A stretch of DNA of 64,000 bases. Source: an uncultured delta proteobacterium (GTDB lineage Bacteria; Myxococcota; UBA727; VGSZ01). The notes under the pieces are model-generated. The model had not been told where the DNA came from and did not search any database. It was given only the letters and a program-made list of their open reading frames with translations. The translations under genes were made by a program, and so were the position numbers. Positions 18,157-27,919 of this stretch are shown piece by piece (within the stretch, counting starts at the first letter, position 1; each line of letters begins with the position of its first letter). The stretch covers positions 480,001 through 544,000 of the forward strand of contig CAVZJB010000005.1 in the NCBI GenBank assembly GCA_963775425.1. Direction: 5' to 3'.

Positions 18157-19434
18157 TCAGGGCAGCGGGACGAGGCGGAGCCTGGAGCCCTTCGGCCGGT
18201 GCGTCGGGATGGTCAGCGTGGTGCCCGGCTCCACCCGCTCGACGCGAAAGCGCGACAGCACGGTGGTGAGCAGCACGCGGAGCTGGAGCTGCGCGAAGGC
18301 CTTGCCGAGGCAGATGCGCGGACCGCCGCCGAAGCCGACGAGGTTCTGTGGCCGCGCGTCGGGTCTGCCCCAGCGCTCGGGGATGAAGCGCTCGGCTTCC
18401 TCGAACGCCGTCATGTGCGTGAGGTACGGCGACCAGAACACCAGCGTGCCCGGGGGGATCTTCTTGCCGCCCACGGAGACCTCGTCGACGGTGCGCCGCG
18501 GGAAGAACAGCACCACGGGGCAGAGCCGCTCGACCTCCTTGAGGAACCAGCCGTGCTCGACGAGCGCCTCCTGGTCCTCCACGCGCAGCCGCCGCCCGTC
18601 CAGCACACGCCGGGCTTCGTCGCGGAGCCGCTCCTGCCACGCGGGGTGATCGGCGAGGTGATGAAGCACCCAGCCGCCGGTGGACGCGGTGGTGTCGTAG
18701 CCGGCCCAGAACAACAACAGGATGTGGGCCGCGATGGCCTCGGTGCTCAGCGCCGCGCCGTCGGCATCCTTGTGGTGCGCGAGCAGCCCGACCATCCCGC
18801 GCGGCTCCCGGGAGCGTGCCTCCTCGATGCGCGGCGCCAGCTTCTTCATCAGCGTCGCGCGCGCGCGCAGTCCGCGGTTGAACACGCCGAACGGCACGCG
18901 CCAGGTGGTGTTGGCCGTGGCGCCCGCGATGAGGTCCTCGAACAGCGAGCGCCACTCGTCGAGCTCGGTGAGCTCGAGGTCCACGAGCGCGTTGGCCGAC
19001 ACCTCGAACGTGGCGTCGCGCGCCAGCTCGTAGGCGTCGACGACGGCGCCGGCAGCGCGCTCGGCGGTGCGCTCCCACACCGCGAGCACGCGCTCGAGGG
19101 ACTGCGACAGCCCCAGCCGGCCCACCGCGGGCTGCAGGATGTCGCGCTCGTGGCGGTGCTCGGCGCCGTCCTTCAACAGCAGGGAGCCCGCGAAGATCTT
19201 GCCGATGGCGAGGTCGCCGTAGCCATGGTGGTAGCTGAAGCTGTCGCGGCCCGTGATCATGACCGTCTGGTTGGCCTCGGGCCCAACCGCGACGACGATC
19301 GGCACGATCCAGCGCGTCTTCCACACGTCGCCGTGCGCGCGTTGGCGCTCGCGCAGGAAGCGGGCGGGGTCCACGAGCATGCGCGGCAGCTCGAGGTAGG
19401 AGTCGCTGCCGGGGATGTCGACGAGCCCGCTCAT
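18157..19434 (-). CDS. Cytochrome P450
   Basis: AGYDTT I-helix, EVER (ExxR), FIPERW, FGGGPRICLG heme-Cys loop. Confidence 0.95.
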   Translation of the reverse strand: MSGLVDIPGSDSYLELPRMLVDPARFLRERQRAHGDVWKTRWIVPIVVAVGPEANQTVMITGRDSFSYHHGYGDLAIGKIFAGSLLLKDGAEHRHERDILQPAVGRLGLSQSLERVLAVWERTAERAAGAVVDAYELARDATFEVSANALVDLELTELDEWRSLFEDLIAGATANTTWRVPFGVFNRGLRARATLMKKLAPRIEEARSREPRGMVGLLAHHKDADGAALSTEAIAAHILLLFWAGYDTTASTGGWVLHHLADHPAWQERLRDEARRVLDGRRLRVEDQEALVEHGWFLKEVERLCPVVLFFPRRTVDEVSVGGKKIPPGTLVFWSPYLTHMTAFEEAERFIPERWGRPDARPQNLVGFGGGPRICLGKAFAQLQLRVLLTTVLSRFRVERVEPGTTLTIPTHRPKGSRLRLVPLP

Positions 19435-19916
19435 GGCGCCGGGGCCGTCTGCAGGACGTCGATCGCCGCGGCCAACGCCTCGCCGTCCACCGTCTTGTCC
19501 TCGGCGGCGAGGATGCCGGCGACGTAGGCGACCGCCTCGTCGCGGGTGCTCAGCACCTTCCAGGCGGTGCGCGTCCTGGTCAAAAGCTGCACGCTGGCGA
19601 TGACGCTTCGGGCGAGGGCGGCGAAGAAGCCGCTGCCGAGGACGAGGAAGCAGTTGGCGATGGTGAGCGCCTCCATCTCCTCGCCGAGCTGTTTGGCCCG
19701 GTGCCGAGCGTCTCGGCCCATCTCCCGTCCCACGCGGGGGTCGATGATGCTGAGGACGACGTGGCGCGCGCCGTCGAAGGCGGTGCGCTCCACCTCGCCC
19801 ACACGGTCGAGCACCGGCACCGTGGGCGCGGTGTAGAAGATGTTGACGATCACCGGGCCGCAGCGGGCGACACCGAGCTCACCGTCGAGCAGCAGGATCT
19901 CATAGCCCACGTTCAT
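19431..19916 (-). CDS. Hypothetical protein (STAS/SEC14-like)
   Basis: LVLGSGFFAALARSVI motif; ATGA overlap with the P450 gene. Confidence 0.6.
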   Translation of the reverse strand: MNVGYEILLLDGELGVARCGPVIVNIFYTAPTVPVLDRVGEVERTAFDGARHVVLSIIDPRVGREMGRDARHRAKQLGEEMEALTIANCFLVLGSGFFAALARSVIASVQLLTRTRTAWKVLSTRDEAVAYVAGILAAEDKTVDGEALAAAIDVLQTAPAP

Positions 19917-19979
19917 CCTTGGCGGCGCCAGGTCGGAGACGATGCCGCGGAGGCGTGAAAAGGTCGACGGAGTCGGTAT

Positions 19980-19995
19980 CCATCATTTGTGATGG
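19980..19995. promoter_or_regulatory. Palindromic operator candidate CCATCA-N4-TGATGG, copy 1
   Basis: CCATCA-TTTG-TGATGG upstream of the XRE regulator; identical arms recur at 21007-21022. Confidence 0.6.
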
Positions 19996-20030
19996 TCGCG
20001 AGCCGGCCGAGTCCCCGCCACGCTGCACGG

Positions 20031-20723
20031 ATGCGCAGCGAGGACGGCCAACTGCAGCACCGCGTGGCAGGGAGGCTCAGGGCCGCTCGCTTGCGCGCGG
20101 GCTTGACCCAGGAGGAGCTCGCCGATCGCCTGGGCATCGCCGTGAAGAACCTGCAGCGCATCGAGTCCGGGCGACAGAACCTCACGCTGCGCACGGTGGC
20201 GCGCATCTGCCGCGCCGCCGGCGTCGACGCCGAGCACGTGCTGGCGCCGCTGGTGGATCCCCGGGTGTTCCACCTGGGCAGCGCGATGTTGTCGAGCTCC
20301 GCGTCGTCGCCGCCGCGCGCGGTCCCCTTGTTCCGCCTCGCCGGGGCAGCCGCGTACGCGAAGAGCGGAGCGCGAACGGACGTCGTCGGCTGGGCCCTCG
20401 TCGGCCAGCCCGTCGACGAGCGGCACTTCATCGCGCACGTCGACGGCGACGCCATGGCGCCGGAGATCCCGCCGGGGAGCTGGAACCTCTTTCGCGCCGT
20501 GAAGCGCGCGGTGCGGGGGCGCGTGGTCCTGGTCGAGATCAGCGGCGGCACGGGGGGCGCGGAGCTGCTGGTGAGGCGCCTTCGCACGTCGGAGACGCGG
20601 CGCGGGCGCGTCCACGCCGTCTTCGACGCGGACAACGCGGCGTACCCGCCGCTCGCGGTCGACGGCGTCGCGGACGGCCACTGCCGCATCCTCGCCGAGC
20701 ACGTCGCCGTCATCACCGTGTGA
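20031..20723 (+). CDS. XRE HTH plus S24 peptidase-like (CI/LexA-like) regulator, catalytic residues apparently lost
   Basis: LRAARLRAGLTQEELADRLG...IESGRQN; C-terminal VDGDAMAP and LLVRRL, ..DN..YPP. Confidence 0.8.
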   Translation: MRSEDGQLQHRVAGRLRAARLRAGLTQEELADRLGIAVKNLQRIESGRQNLTLRTVARICRAAGVDAEHVLAPLVDPRVFHLGSAMLSSSASSPPRAVPLFRLAGAAAYAKSGARTDVVGWALVGQPVDERHFIAHVDGDAMAPEIPPGSWNLFRAVKRAVRGRVVLVEISGGTGGAELLVRRLRTSETRRGRVHAVFDADNAAYPPLAVDGVADGHCRILAEHVAVITV

Positions 20724-21003
20724 GGAGTCGATCGAACGGAGGGCCCGCGGGCGCCTCGAAGCCGTACTCGATGTCGCTGGCGAGCACCCCGCTCGGATCC
20801 GAGAAGTGCTCGCACACGGCCTCGAGGAGCGCGCGCCCCGCCGAGCGCTCGAGCGCGCGGACGTCGGCGCGCCACACGCCCTCACCTCGAAGCGCCACGG
20901 CGCCGTCCGGGCTGACCACGCAAAGACCGACGGGGCGGTACCCCCCTTCGCCGGCGTCAAAGGCGCTCAACGTCACCCATCGGTACAGGCGCGTGCCGGA
21001 CAC
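20713..21003 (-). CDS. Small hypothetical protein convergent with the XRE gene
   Basis: 96-aa ORF with globular composition, preceded by the second operator copy. Confidence 0.5.
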   Translation of the reverse strand: MSGTRLYRWVTLSAFDAGEGGYRPVGLCVVSPDGAVALRGEGVWRADVRALERSAGRALLEAVCEHFSDPSGVLASDIEYGFEAPAGPPFDRLLTR

Positions 21004-21004
21004 A

Positions 21005-21024
21005 CCCCATCACATATGATGGGG
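21005..21024. promoter_or_regulatory. Palindrome CCCCATCA-CATA-TGATGGGG (operator copy 2, or clpX 3' hairpin)
   Basis: Perfect 8-bp inverted repeat with the same core as 19980-19995. Confidence 0.6.
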
Positions 21025-21044
21025 CAGCCGCGGTCAACCGACGC

Positions 21045-22313
21045 TCACGCGCTTTGCTTCTTCTCGAAGGTCAAGACCGGCGGCGCGCCCTTGGTGATGA
21101 CCTCTTCGGTGACCAGGCACTCCGTCACGCCCTCGAGGTACGGCACCTCGTACATGACGTCGAGCATGGCGTTTTCGAGGATGGCGCGCAGGCCGCGGGC
21201 CCCGGACTTGCGCTTGATGGCTTCGCGCGCCGCCGCCCGCAGGGCGCCCTCGGAGAACGTGAGCTTCACGCCCTCCATGGCGAACAGCTTCTGGTACTGC
21301 TTGATGAGCGCGTTCTTGGGCTGCTCGAGGATGGTGACGAGGTCGTCCTCGCTCATGTCGTTGAGCGTGGCGGTGACCGGCAGGCGCCCGACGAACTCGG
21401 GGATGAGCCCGAAGTGGATGAGGTCCTCGGTGTTGACCTCGCGCAAGGTCTCCCCGAGGCGCTGCGCCTTCTTGCTCTTCACGTCGGCGCCGAAGCCGAT
21501 GGACTTCTTGCCGATGCGGCGCTCGATGATGGTGTCGAGGCCGACGAAGGCGCCGCCGCAGATGAACAGCACGTTGCTCGTGTCCACCTGGACCGTGGCC
21601 TCCTGCTGGCCGTACTTCTTGGCGCCCCGCGGGGTGACGTTGGCCTTGGTGCCCTCGATGAGCTTCAACAGGCCTTGCTGCACGCCCTCGCCGCTGACGT
21701 CGCGGGTGACGGAGGGGCCCTCGCCCTTGCGCGCGATCTTGTCGACCTCGTCGAGGTAGACGATGCCCTTCTCGGCGCGCTCGATGTCGTTGTCGGCGGC
21801 GGCGAGGAGGTTCTGCACGATGCTCTCGACGTCCTCGCCCACGTAGCCGGCCTCGGTGAGCGTGGTGGCGTCGGCGACGGTGAACGGCACCTTGAGGAAG
21901 CGCGCCAGCGACTGGGCGAGCAAGGTCTTGCCCGTGCCCGTCGGCCCGATGAGCATCACGTTGGACTTCGACAGCTCCACGGGCGCGTCACGGCCCTCGC
22001 GGTGCCCTTCGGCGGCGCGGGTGTTGATGCGCTTGTAGTGGTTGTAGACGGCCACCGAGAGGATCTTCTTGGCGTACTCCTGGCCGACGACGTAGGCGTC
22101 GAGGAAGTCCTTGATCTCGTGCGGCGTGGGCAATTGCAGTTGCTCCGCCTGCTGCCGCTCGCTCTGTTCCTCGGCGATGATGTCGTTGCAGAGGTGGATG
22201 CACTCGTCGCAGATGTAGACCGTCGGTCCTGCGATGAGCTTCTTCACCTCCCTCTGGGACTTGCCGCAGAAAGAGCACTGGAGGTTTCCGCCCTGATCTC
22301 GTCGCGCTGCCAT
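21045..22313 (-). CDS. clpX: ATP-dependent Clp protease ATP-binding subunit ClpX
   Basis: CSFCGK...CDEC zinc domain, [36 protein letters not shown] loop, GARGLR. Confidence 0.97.
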   Translation of the reverse strand: MAARRDQGGNLQCSFCGKSQREVKKLIAGPTVYICDECIHLCNDIIAEEQSERQQAEQLQLPTPHEIKDFLDAYVVGQEYAKKILSVAVYNHYKRINTRAAEGHREGRDAPVELSKSNVMLIGPTGTGKTLLAQSLARFLKVPFTVADATTLTEAGYVGEDVESIVQNLLAAADNDIERAEKGIVYLDEVDKIARKGEGPSVTRDVSGEGVQQGLLKLIEGTKANVTPRGAKKYGQQEATVQVDTSNVLFICGGAFVGLDTIIERRIGKKSIGFGADVKSKKAQRLGETLREVNTEDLIHFGLIPEFVGRLPVTATLNDMSEDDLVTILEQPKNALIKQYQKLFAMEGVKLTFSEGALRAAAREAIKRKSGARGLRAILENAMLDVMYEVPYLEGVTECLVTEEVITKGAPPVLTFEKKQSA

Positions 22314-22425
22314 ACCGCCTCGTTATCGCAACCTCCCGCATGGTAGCAGCCCCCCGGCTTCGGCGCCTGAAACCCGACGCACATGACTTGACGCTGCGCA
22401 CCACCCGTTCCTAGCGTCCCCGCGA

Positions 22426-23505
22426 ATGGGCGCCCCCGGGCACGACCTCCAAAGCCGCGTCGACGCGCTCCTCGACGTCGCGGGAGATCATCGCCGCGTC
22501 CTGGTCTGCACCCACGACAACCCGGATCCGGACAGCATCGCCGCCGGGTTCGCGCTGGGAGAGCTCCTGAAGGCACGGACGGGCGCGTCCTACACCCTCG
22601 CCCACGGCGGCGTCCTCGGGCGCGCCGAGAACCGCGCGATGGTGCGCCTGTTGAAGCTCCCGCTGGTGCCCTTCGGCCGGGTGGATCCGGCGGACTTCGA
22701 CACGGTCGCGCTCGTCGACACCCAGCCCGCGCACGGCAACCACCGGGTGACCCAGGAGATCGTCGCCGGCAAGCGCGTGATCTGCATCGATCACCACCCC
22801 GCCCGCACCGCCGCCGAGGGCATCGCCTCCGACTTCGCCGACGTCGGCGGCGACTACGGGGCCACCTCCACCATGCTCACCTGCTACCTGGACGCCGCCA
22901 AGGTGCCGTTCCAGCCCGACGTCGCCACGGCGCTCTTCTACGGGATCAAGAGCGACACGCGGGATCTCGGCCGCGAGGTGGGCGACGTCGACGTCTGGGC
23001 CTACCAGCACCTGATCGGACAGACCGACATGGCGCTGGTCTCGCAGATCGAGCACCCGCGCCTGCCGCGCGGCTACTTCGCCACCCTGTCCCAGGCGGTG
23101 CGCAAGGCGCGCTGCGTCGGGGAGGTGGTGATCTGCGATCTCGGCGAGGTCTACGTGCCCGATCTGGTCGCCGAGACCGCGGACTGGCTGCTGCTCGCGG
23201 AGGGGATCCGCTGGAGCATCGTGGTGGGCGAGCACCAGCACGACACCTACTGCTCCCTGCGGGTCTCGGATCGCCGCTTCTCCGCGGGCAAGCTCGTCCG
23301 CGAGGTGATCCGCGCGTGGCCCACCGGCAGCGCGGGCGGCCACGGCAGCATGGCGGGGGCCCGCGTCACCGTCGATCCCGCCATGGGCAAGGAGGAGCGC
23401 GCCAAGCTCCGCGGCAAGCTGCTGCGCCAGCTCATGAAGGCCACGGGCGCGAGCGGCGCCGCGCGCCCGTTCACGGCGGCGCAGGCCGACGCCGCCGGCT
23501 CCTGA
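22426..23505 (+). CDS. DHH family phosphoesterase
   Basis: HDNPDPDS, LVDTQ, IDHH, GIKSDT, AGGHGSMAG. Confidence 0.9.
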   Translation: MGAPGHDLQSRVDALLDVAGDHRRVLVCTHDNPDPDSIAAGFALGELLKARTGASYTLAHGGVLGRAENRAMVRLLKLPLVPFGRVDPADFDTVALVDTQPAHGNHRVTQEIVAGKRVICIDHHPARTAAEGIASDFADVGGDYGATSTMLTCYLDAAKVPFQPDVATALFYGIKSDTRDLGREVGDVDVWAYQHLIGQTDMALVSQIEHPRLPRGYFATLSQAVRKARCVGEVVICDLGEVYVPDLVAETADWLLLAEGIRWSIVVGEHQHDTYCSLRVSDRRFSAGKLVREVIRAWPTGSAGGHGSMAGARVTVDPAMGKEERAKLRGKLLRQLMKATGASGAARPFTAAQADAAGS

Positions 23506-23506
23506 G

Positions 23507-24637
23507 GTGGTGGCGCCCCTCTACCTCGACGCCAACGCCGGCGTGCCCCCGCTCGAGGAGGCGCGCCGCGCGCTGGCCGAGGCCGCGCGCGTCACCGGCA
23601 ACCCGTCGTCGACGCACGCCCACGGCCGCGCCGCCCGCGCCGTCCTCGACGAGGCCCGCGCCCACATCGCGCGCGCGCTGGGCGGAGATCCGCGCGAGAT
23701 CGTCCTCACCTCGGGCGCCTCGGAGGGGAACCGCTGGCTCGCCGACGCCGCGTCCCGCCGGGCCGCCGGGGGCGCGCGCGCGGTGGTGGTGGCGAGCCCG
23801 CTCGAGCACCCCTCGCTCGAAAAGCCGCTCGCCGCGGCGGCGGGGCAGGCGGCGCGCCTCACCGCGGGGCTCGACGGCGCAGGCGACGCGGAGCTCGTCG
23901 CGCGCGCCGACGTGCTGTTCTGCACGGCGGCGCACAACGAGACCGGCATCGTCCCCGATCTCGACCTGCTGCTCGCGCGCGCGAAGGACGACTGCATCGT
24001 CTGCGTCGACGCCGCGCAGGCCGTCGCCCGGATGGCGCCCCTGCCGGCGCGCGTCGACGCCGTCGTGGCCAGCGCGCACAAGCTCGGCGGGCTCGCCGGC
24101 GCGGGCGCGCTCCTGTTGCGCGGCAACGCGCGCCGGCTCGCGCCGCCGTGGACCGGGGGCGGGCAGGAGGGCGGCCTGCGCCCGGGCACCGAGGCCCTGG
24201 TGCTCCACGCCGCGTTCGGCGCCGCCTGCGCCGTCGTCGACGAGACCCGCGCGCGTCACCGGGCGCTCGCGCCCTTGCGCGATCGCATCGAGGCCGCCCT
24301 CGTCGACGCGTGGGGCGCGCGCGTGCTCGGCGCCGGCGGTCGCCGGCTGGACAACACGAGCGCGCTCGTCGTCAGCGGCGCCGACGGGGACGCGCTGCGC
24401 ATCGCCGTCGACGCCGCCGGCGTCTCCGTCGGCTTCGGCGCGGCCTGCAGCGCCCTGGTGCCCGAGCCCTCGCCGTCGCTCCTCGCGCTCGGGCTCAGCG
24501 CCGCGGACGCCAAGGCCACCGTGCGCATCTCATTGCCGCCGTCGACCACGGCGGCCGACGTCGACGAGGCCGTCGCGCGCCTCACGCCCGTCGCGGCGGT
24601 GATCGAGCGATCACGGGCGCGCAACGCCGGGCGCTAG
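23507..24637 (+). CDS. Cysteine desulfurase-like PLP enzyme (class V aminotransferase)
   Basis: YLDANA, GNPSS.H, TSGASE, EH, HNETG, DAAQ, SAHKLGG, RPGTE, GAACS. Confidence 0.88.
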   Translation: MVAPLYLDANAGVPPLEEARRALAEAARVTGNPSSTHAHGRAARAVLDEARAHIARALGGDPREIVLTSGASEGNRWLADAASRRAAGGARAVVVASPLEHPSLEKPLAAAAGQAARLTAGLDGAGDAELVARADVLFCTAAHNETGIVPDLDLLLARAKDDCIVCVDAAQAVARMAPLPARVDAVVASAHKLGGLAGAGALLLRGNARRLAPPWTGGGQEGGLRPGTEALVLHAAFGAACAVVDETRARHRALAPLRDRIEAALVDAWGARVLGAGGRRLDNTSALVVSGADGDALRIAVDAAGVSVGFGAACSALVPEPSPSLLALGLSAADAKATVRISLPPSTTAADVDEAVARLTPVAAVIERSRARNAGR

Positions 24638-24737
24638 GGCAGCCTGCGAGCGCGGCGCGGCGCCGGGGGGCCGCCGACGCGCGGGCGGGCCGACGCAGGG
24701 CTTTCGCCGACGTGGCCCGGTGGGCTAAACGAGGCCC

Positions 24738-26861
24738 GTGGACGTCCGCTGCGCCAAGTGCGGCATCGAGTACGAGTTCGACGACGCGAAGGTCACGGCG
24801 GCCGGCGTGACCGTCAAGTGCACCAATTGTGGCCACGTCTTCAAGGTGAAGCGGGAGGAGCCGGCCAGCGTGCCGCCCTCGCCCTCGACGTCGTTCGGCC
24901 AGGTCGGCAACTTCCAGCCACAGTCCACCTTCGCCAAGGGCATGGACGGCGGCGAGTGGATGGTGAAGCGCGTCGACGGTCAGGTGTTCCGCTTCAAGGA
25001 GCTCACCACGCTCCAGAAGTGGATCGTCGAGCGCAAGGTCGGCCGCGACGACGAGATCAGCAAGACCGGCCGAACCTGGAAGCGCCTCGGCGAGATCGCC
25101 GAGCTGGCGTCGTTCTTCCAGGTCGTCGACGCCGCCAACGCCGCGCTCCACGCGAGCGTCATCCCGGTGCAGCCGGCGATGCCGGCGCCGGGCATGGTGC
25201 AGGGCCTCGTGGTGGTGCCGTCGACGAACCCGGGGATGCCCGCCACCAACCCCGCCGCCGCGGCGCCGCCGGCCACGCCCACGCAGCCCGCGGACATCCA
25301 CGGGGCGCCCACGCAGCAATTGCCCGCGCAGCCCCAGCCGCCTCCGGCCGCGGCGCAGGTGGCGGCGTTCGGCCAGGCCCCGCAGACCCCGCCGCGGCCC
25401 CCGCCCGCGCAGCCCCCGCGGCCGCCGCCGCAGGCGCGCGATCCCGCTCCCCCCCAGCCGACGCCGCGCCCGCCGCCGCAGAGCAGCGGGCCCCGCGGCG
25501 TCGCCGTCGACGAGCTCGACGACGACGATCCGGTGTTGCAGATGATCCGCCGCCGGCGTCGCAACGCCGCGCTCTTCGTGGTGCTCGTGATCCTCGTGGC
25601 CGCCGGCGTCGGCGCCGCGCTGTATTGGCCGCAGGTGCAGAAGATCGTCGGCCTGACGCCGGCGGCGGCGGCCTCGTCGCCGCAGATCGAGGCGGCGAAG
25701 AAGGCGCTGCGCGCCGACGACCTCGCGGCCATCAAGGCCGCGCGCCAGAGCATCGCCGCCGACGCGTCGCCCGCGGGCAACGCGTGGGCCGTGCTCCTCG
25801 ACATCGCCACGGCGGCGCATGAAGACGAGCAGGCGCGCCTCGAAGACGAGCTCGCGGCGCTCCTGCCCGCGGGCTCTCCCGACGCGGGTCCGCACGCGGC
25901 GCGCGCCAAGACCCTGCGCGACAACGCCGCGGCGACGCTGTCGGGGGCGTACGCGTCCCTGAACACCGTGCGCGACACGCCGGGCCTCCCGGAGGGACAC
26001 CTCGCGTCGGCGGCGTACAACCTCGAAAAGGGCGGGCTCGCCGAGCAGCACGCGGACCTCGAGCAGGCGCGCTCGGCGGCCCAGGCCGGCGAGCTGTCGG
26101 CCGAGCAGGTCGCGGCGGAGCTCGAGGAGATCCGCATCGACCAGGCGCTCGGCGAGGTCCACGCCGCGCTCGGCGGGGGCGCCCAGGGCGACGCCAAGGG
26201 CGCCCTCGACAAGCTCCCCGCCGACGCCGACGGCCGCCTCACCTACGCCAGGGCCGCGCTGTCGGTGGCGATCGCGCAGCTCGACAAGGGCGACGCCGCG
26301 ATCGACGCCGCCAAGGCCGCCGTCGCCGCCGTCGCCGAGGGCGACGCCCGCGCCGCGCTCCTCGGGCAGATCCTCGGCACGCTCGCCCAGCCCGGCGCCG
26401 CCGTCGACGCCGGCGCCGCCGCGGCCGCCGTCGCCGACGCCGGCGTCGCCGTCGCCGCGGACGCCGGCGAAGCGGACGCGACGCCGGAGCACGAGCGCGC
26501 GCCCGCGAGCTACGAGGTGGTGATGGCGCAGGCCGAGCGCGCCCGCGTCAACGACCACAGCCGCGCCGCCCACGATCTCTTCCAGCGCGCCGCCAAGATG
26601 CGCCCCGGCAGCCCGCGCCCCTGGCTCGGCCTCGGCTGGGCGGCGCTCGACCTCGGCCGCAACACCGAAGCCGTCCGCGCGTTCAAAAAGGTGCTCTCGC
26701 TCGACGAAAACCTCGCCGAAGGCGAGTTCGGCCTCGCGGAGGCGCTCCGCTACTCCGGCGACAAGCAGCAGGCCATCCAGGCGTACAAGACGTACCTGAA
26801 GATGGCGCCGAACGCGAAAGACGCCGGCACCGCCCGCCGCGCCATCGAAGCCCTGCAGTAA
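24738..26861 (+). CDS. Zinc-ribbon/GYF_2-like, single-TM, C-terminal TPR protein
   Basis: CAKC...CTNCGHVF; W.V...LQKWI...EIS..G..WK domain; Pro-rich linker; TM; three TPRs at the C-terminus. Confidence 0.85.
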   Translation: MDVRCAKCGIEYEFDDAKVTAAGVTVKCTNCGHVFKVKREEPASVPPSPSTSFGQVGNFQPQSTFAKGMDGGEWMVKRVDGQVFRFKELTTLQKWIVERKVGRDDEISKTGRTWKRLGEIAELASFFQVVDAANAALHASVIPVQPAMPAPGMVQGLVVVPSTNPGMPATNPAAAAPPATPTQPADIHGAPTQQLPAQPQPPPAAAQVAAFGQAPQTPPRPPPAQPPRPPPQARDPAPPQPTPRPPPQSSGPRGVAVDELDDDDPVLQMIRRRRRNAALFVVLVILVAAGVGAALYWPQVQKIVGLTPAAAASSPQIEAAKKALRADDLAAIKAARQSIAADASPAGNAWAVLLDIATAAHEDEQARLEDELAALLPAGSPDAGPHAARAKTLRDNAAATLSGAYASLNTVRDTPGLPEGHLASAAYNLEKGGLAEQHADLEQARSAAQAGELSAEQVAAELEEIRIDQALGEVHAALGGGAQGDAKGALDKLPADADGRLTYARAALSVAIAQLDKGDAAIDAAKAAVAAVAEGDARAALLGQILGTLAQPGAAVDAGAAAAAVADAGVAVAADAGEADATPEHERAPASYEVVMAQAERARVNDHSRAAHDLFQRAAKMRPGSPRPWLGLGWAALDLGRNTEAVRAFKKVLSLDENLAEGEFGLAEALRYSGDKQQAIQAYKTYLKMAPNAKDAGTARRAIEALQ

Positions 26862-26964
26862 GTGTGAGCGCGCCTGTCGGCGCGCGGGCTTTGTCGTCGG
26901 GGTCGTGCCGGGACTTCCTGCGAACCGGGATTGATTCGGTGCGTCAACGTGTTCTGGTCCTCAC

Positions 26965-27867
26965 ATGACCAAGCCGCTGTTCACCGGTGTCTACACCGCC
27001 CTCGTCACGCCCTTTCACGACGACGGCTCTCTCGATCTCGACGCGTACAAGAAGCTCATCGACGAGCAGCTCGCCGCCGGCGTGTCGGGCCTCGTGCCCA
27101 TGGGCACCACCGGCGAGTCCGTCACGCTCGACGACGAAGAGCAGGCGCGGTGCGTGAAGACCTGCGTCGACCTGTGCAAGGGCAAGGTCCCCGTGATCGC
27201 CGGCGCCGGCGCCAACGACACGCGCAAGGCCGTCGCCAAGCACAAGCAGATCGCGAGCCTCGGTGTCGACGGCTCGCTTCAGGTGGTGCCCTACTACAAC
27301 AAGCCCACGCAGGAGGGGCTCTACCGGCACTTCCGCACCGTCGCCGAGTCCAACCCGCTGCCCGTCGTGCTCTACAACGTCCCCGGCCGCACCGGCGTCG
27401 ACATGCTGCCGGAGACGGTGGCGCGCCTCGCCAGGGACTGCCCCACCATCGTCGCCATCAAGGAGGCGACGACCTCGGTGGCGCGGGCGCAGGAGCTCGT
27501 GAACAAGGTCGCCGAGACCGGGCGCCAGGACTTCGCCGTCCTCTCCGGCGACGACAGCCTCGTCCTCGGCCTCCTCGCCGTCGGCGGCCACGGCGTCATC
27601 TCGGTGATGTCGCATCTGTGCGCCCGGGAGCTCGCCGAGCTGCACACCGCGTTCGCCGCCGGCGACCTCGGGCGCGCGCAGGAGCTGGCCAGGAAGACGA
27701 GCCCGCTGTCGAGCATCCTGTTCTTCCGCACCTCCCCGCTGCCGGTGAAGACGGTGCTCGCCTGGCGCGGCCTCGTGAAGAAGAACTTCCGCCTGCCGCT
27801 GTGCCCGCTCGACGACGTCGAGGAGGCGCAGCTCAAAAAGATGCTCACGGCCGCGGGCTGGCTGTGA
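26965..27867 (+). CDS. dapA: 4-hydroxy-tetrahydrodipicolinate synthase
   Basis: TALVTPF, GTTGES, PYYNKP, YNVPGRT, AIKEA, SGDD. Confidence 0.96.
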   Translation: MTKPLFTGVYTALVTPFHDDGSLDLDAYKKLIDEQLAAGVSGLVPMGTTGESVTLDDEEQARCVKTCVDLCKGKVPVIAGAGANDTRKAVAKHKQIASLGVDGSLQVVPYYNKPTQEGLYRHFRTVAESNPLPVVLYNVPGRTGVDMLPETVARLARDCPTIVAIKEATTSVARAQELVNKVAETGRQDFAVLSGDDSLVLGLLAVGGHGVISVMSHLCARELAELHTAFAAGDLGRAQELARKTSPLSSILFFRTSPLPVKTVLAWRGLVKKNFRLPLCPLDDVEEAQLKKMLTAAGWL

Positions 27868-27919
27868 CCCGGCCTCCGCGCGCCACCTCGTCGCCAAGCG
27901 CGCTCCCGGGGCCGCGGCC

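Noticed and set aside
21045-22313. clpX without adjacent clpP as a novelty
   Set aside because: Unlinked or duplicated clpX genes are common.
26931-26947. FNR-like box TTGAT...TCAA upstream of dapA
   Set aside because: Spacing is TTGA-N9-TCAA rather than TTGAT-N4-ATCAA.
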